From Carcharhinus longimanus (taxonomy: Eukaryota), in contig JASCQW010000105.1 in NCBI GenBank assembly GCA_030264375.1, positions 14,957,507 to 15,021,506 on the forward strand: DNA of 64,000 nucleotides. Reading direction: 5' to 3'. Of the stretch, positions 62,392-64,000 are shown piece after piece. The notes below the pieces were generated by a model that saw only the letters and a program-made list of their open reading frames with translations, did not search any database and was not told the DNA's origin. The translations under genes were made by a program, and so were the position numbers. Position 1 is the first letter of the stretch, and each line of letters starts with the position of its first letter.

Positions 62392-63151
62392 GGGGGTACA
62401 GTAAGAAGCCTCACAACACCAGGTTAAAGTCCAACAGGTTTATTTGGCAGCATCAGCTTTCGGAGCACTGCTCCTTCATCAGGTGAAGAAAGCTTGTGCT
62501 ACCAAATAAACCTGTTGGACTTTAACCTGGTGTTGTGAGACTTCTTACTGTGCCCACCCCAGTCNNNNNNNNNNNNNNNNNNNNNNNNNNNNNNNNNNNN
62601 NNNNNNNNNNNNNNNNNNNNNNNNNNNNNNNNNNNNNNNNNNNNNNNNNNNNNNNNNNNNNNNNCTACCAAATAAACCTGTTGGACTTTAACCTGGTGTT
62701 GTGAGACTTCTTACTGTGCCCACCCCAGTCCAACGCCGGCATCCCCACTTCTTGGAGTACTGTTTTGCAGTTACATGCATAACAAAAATCATAAAAATTT
62801 GCACTACATTTAAGATTCTTTTCTGTCAATGATAGTTTTGCTTTTATTTTGGCATTAATTGCAAGTTATTATTGTATTTACTATCATCTCTAAAGTAGAA
62901 GTTGCCTGTTGGGACGTAAGGATATATCGCATAGTAGAGCCATATAGGTGTTTCATGTTGTGACTGTAAAGACTTGATTTACCTGTCAAGAATAGCATTC
63001 CAACCATTGTCTTATAATTAAGTTTGTGTCTATATATGCCCTGTTTGTGAACCCAACTCCCACTCACCTGATGAAAAAGCAGCACTCTGAAAGCCATGCT
63101 ACCAAATAAACCTGTTGGACTTTAACCTGGTGTTGTGAGACTTCTTACTGT
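62392..63151. repeat. Cluster of Penelope terminal-repeat copies
   Basis: Fold-back at 62392-62564, a copy after the gap at 62665-62750, and a longer 3'-end copy at ~62960-63151 with a degenerate hammerhead (cacctgatgaaaaagcagcactctgaaagcc). Confidence 0.8.
62451..62486 (-). ncRNA. Hammerhead-like motif in a Penelope fold-back
   Basis: - strand TCAC-CTGATGA-A-GGAGC-AGT-GCTCC-GAA-AGCT-GATG. The core is intact, but the cleavage triplet and stem I 3' strand are altered. Confidence 0.55.
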
Positions 63152-64000
63152 ACTTCATGTTATTATGGAACATTTACTATTGTGATATGTTGGTTTTCTT
63201 CTTTGGCAACCATAGTTTTTAAGAAGCATCATGAAGAGGAAAAATGAGATAGATGTGGAGAGGTTAAGAAGGGAATTGCAGAGCTGAAGGTCTTGACCAA
63301 TGGTGGAGCATTTGAAAACTGGTATGCTCAAGAGACCAAAGTTCGAGGAGATGTATATATTACTGTTGTGGGGATGGGGAGGAAATCATAGGATGGCATG
63401 ATACCATGGAGAGATTTGAAAACAAAGGTGAAAATTTTAAAGCCAGGTATCAAGCTGGGATCCAGTAAAGGTAAACCAGCATAAGTGGACGGTGAATGGG
63501 ACTTTGTGCAAGTTAATCACAATGGTAAATATTGACATAAAAGACTGAAGATGGAAGCACTGAAATAGACATTTTGAACTACCTTGTCCATATAAATTTT
63601 CTTCTCTTATGAGCCACAACTGAAAGGCTATCAATGTCAGGAATGGTTGAACAGGCTAGTTTTCCTACAGAAAAGACAAGTAAAAGTAAAAATGTGGGGC
63701 GAGATTCATCAATCTCATCCATGGCTGCGCTGCTGCAAGTGAGAACTGAGAATTTAGTGTTCCAGCCAAAATTCCATTCACTTTCAGCAGTAGCGAAGAA
63801 TCCCAACGAGGACAGAGATTTTTGGTGATAAAATCTAAAGATTGTAGTGTAGAATTTCAAAGACAAGTTGGTGGAATAGGTGGACAGCAGATGAAGTTCA
63901 GTGTAGAGAAATATGAAATAATGCTTTTGAAAGGGAGAACATGGAGGGATAATATATAATAAAGGGTAAATTCTAAAGCGGATGCAGGAGCAGAGGGGGA

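Noticed and set aside
62489-62750. Apparent tandem Penelope units on both sides of the gap (possible dimeric ribozyme array)
   Set aside because: Near-identical sequence flanks a 100-N gap, so this may be overlapping contig ends; it cannot be resolved without long reads.

Overview
This is repeat-rich vertebrate genomic DNA from a draft assembly with several N-gaps. The HE1/V-SINE, CR1 and Penelope repeat content points to a cartilaginous fish, most likely a shark. The window is almost entirely intronic sequence of a + strand tomosyn gene, most like STXBP5L. Two coding exons are visible (33779-33860 and 55294-55394), and the first has a minor-spliceosome (U12-type) branch site at its acceptor. 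The introns hold a complete but decayed endogenous retrovirus (13080-20888) with two LTRs, a CAGCC target-site duplication, a tRNA-Ser-like PBS, gag/pro/RNase H/IN remnants, and deleted RT and env cores. They also hold Gypsy remnants, CR1/L2/RTE/Tx1 LINE fragments, two SINE superfamilies, hAT and Harbinger fossils, and Penelope-derived fold-backs with minimal hammerhead-ribozyme motifs. The most unusual observation is an LTR-bounded element at ~29971-31182 (- strand) carrying an intron-less, decayed fragment resembling the nuclear-basket protein TPR. All protein-family assignments come from motif recognition by eye or memory, not from database searches.
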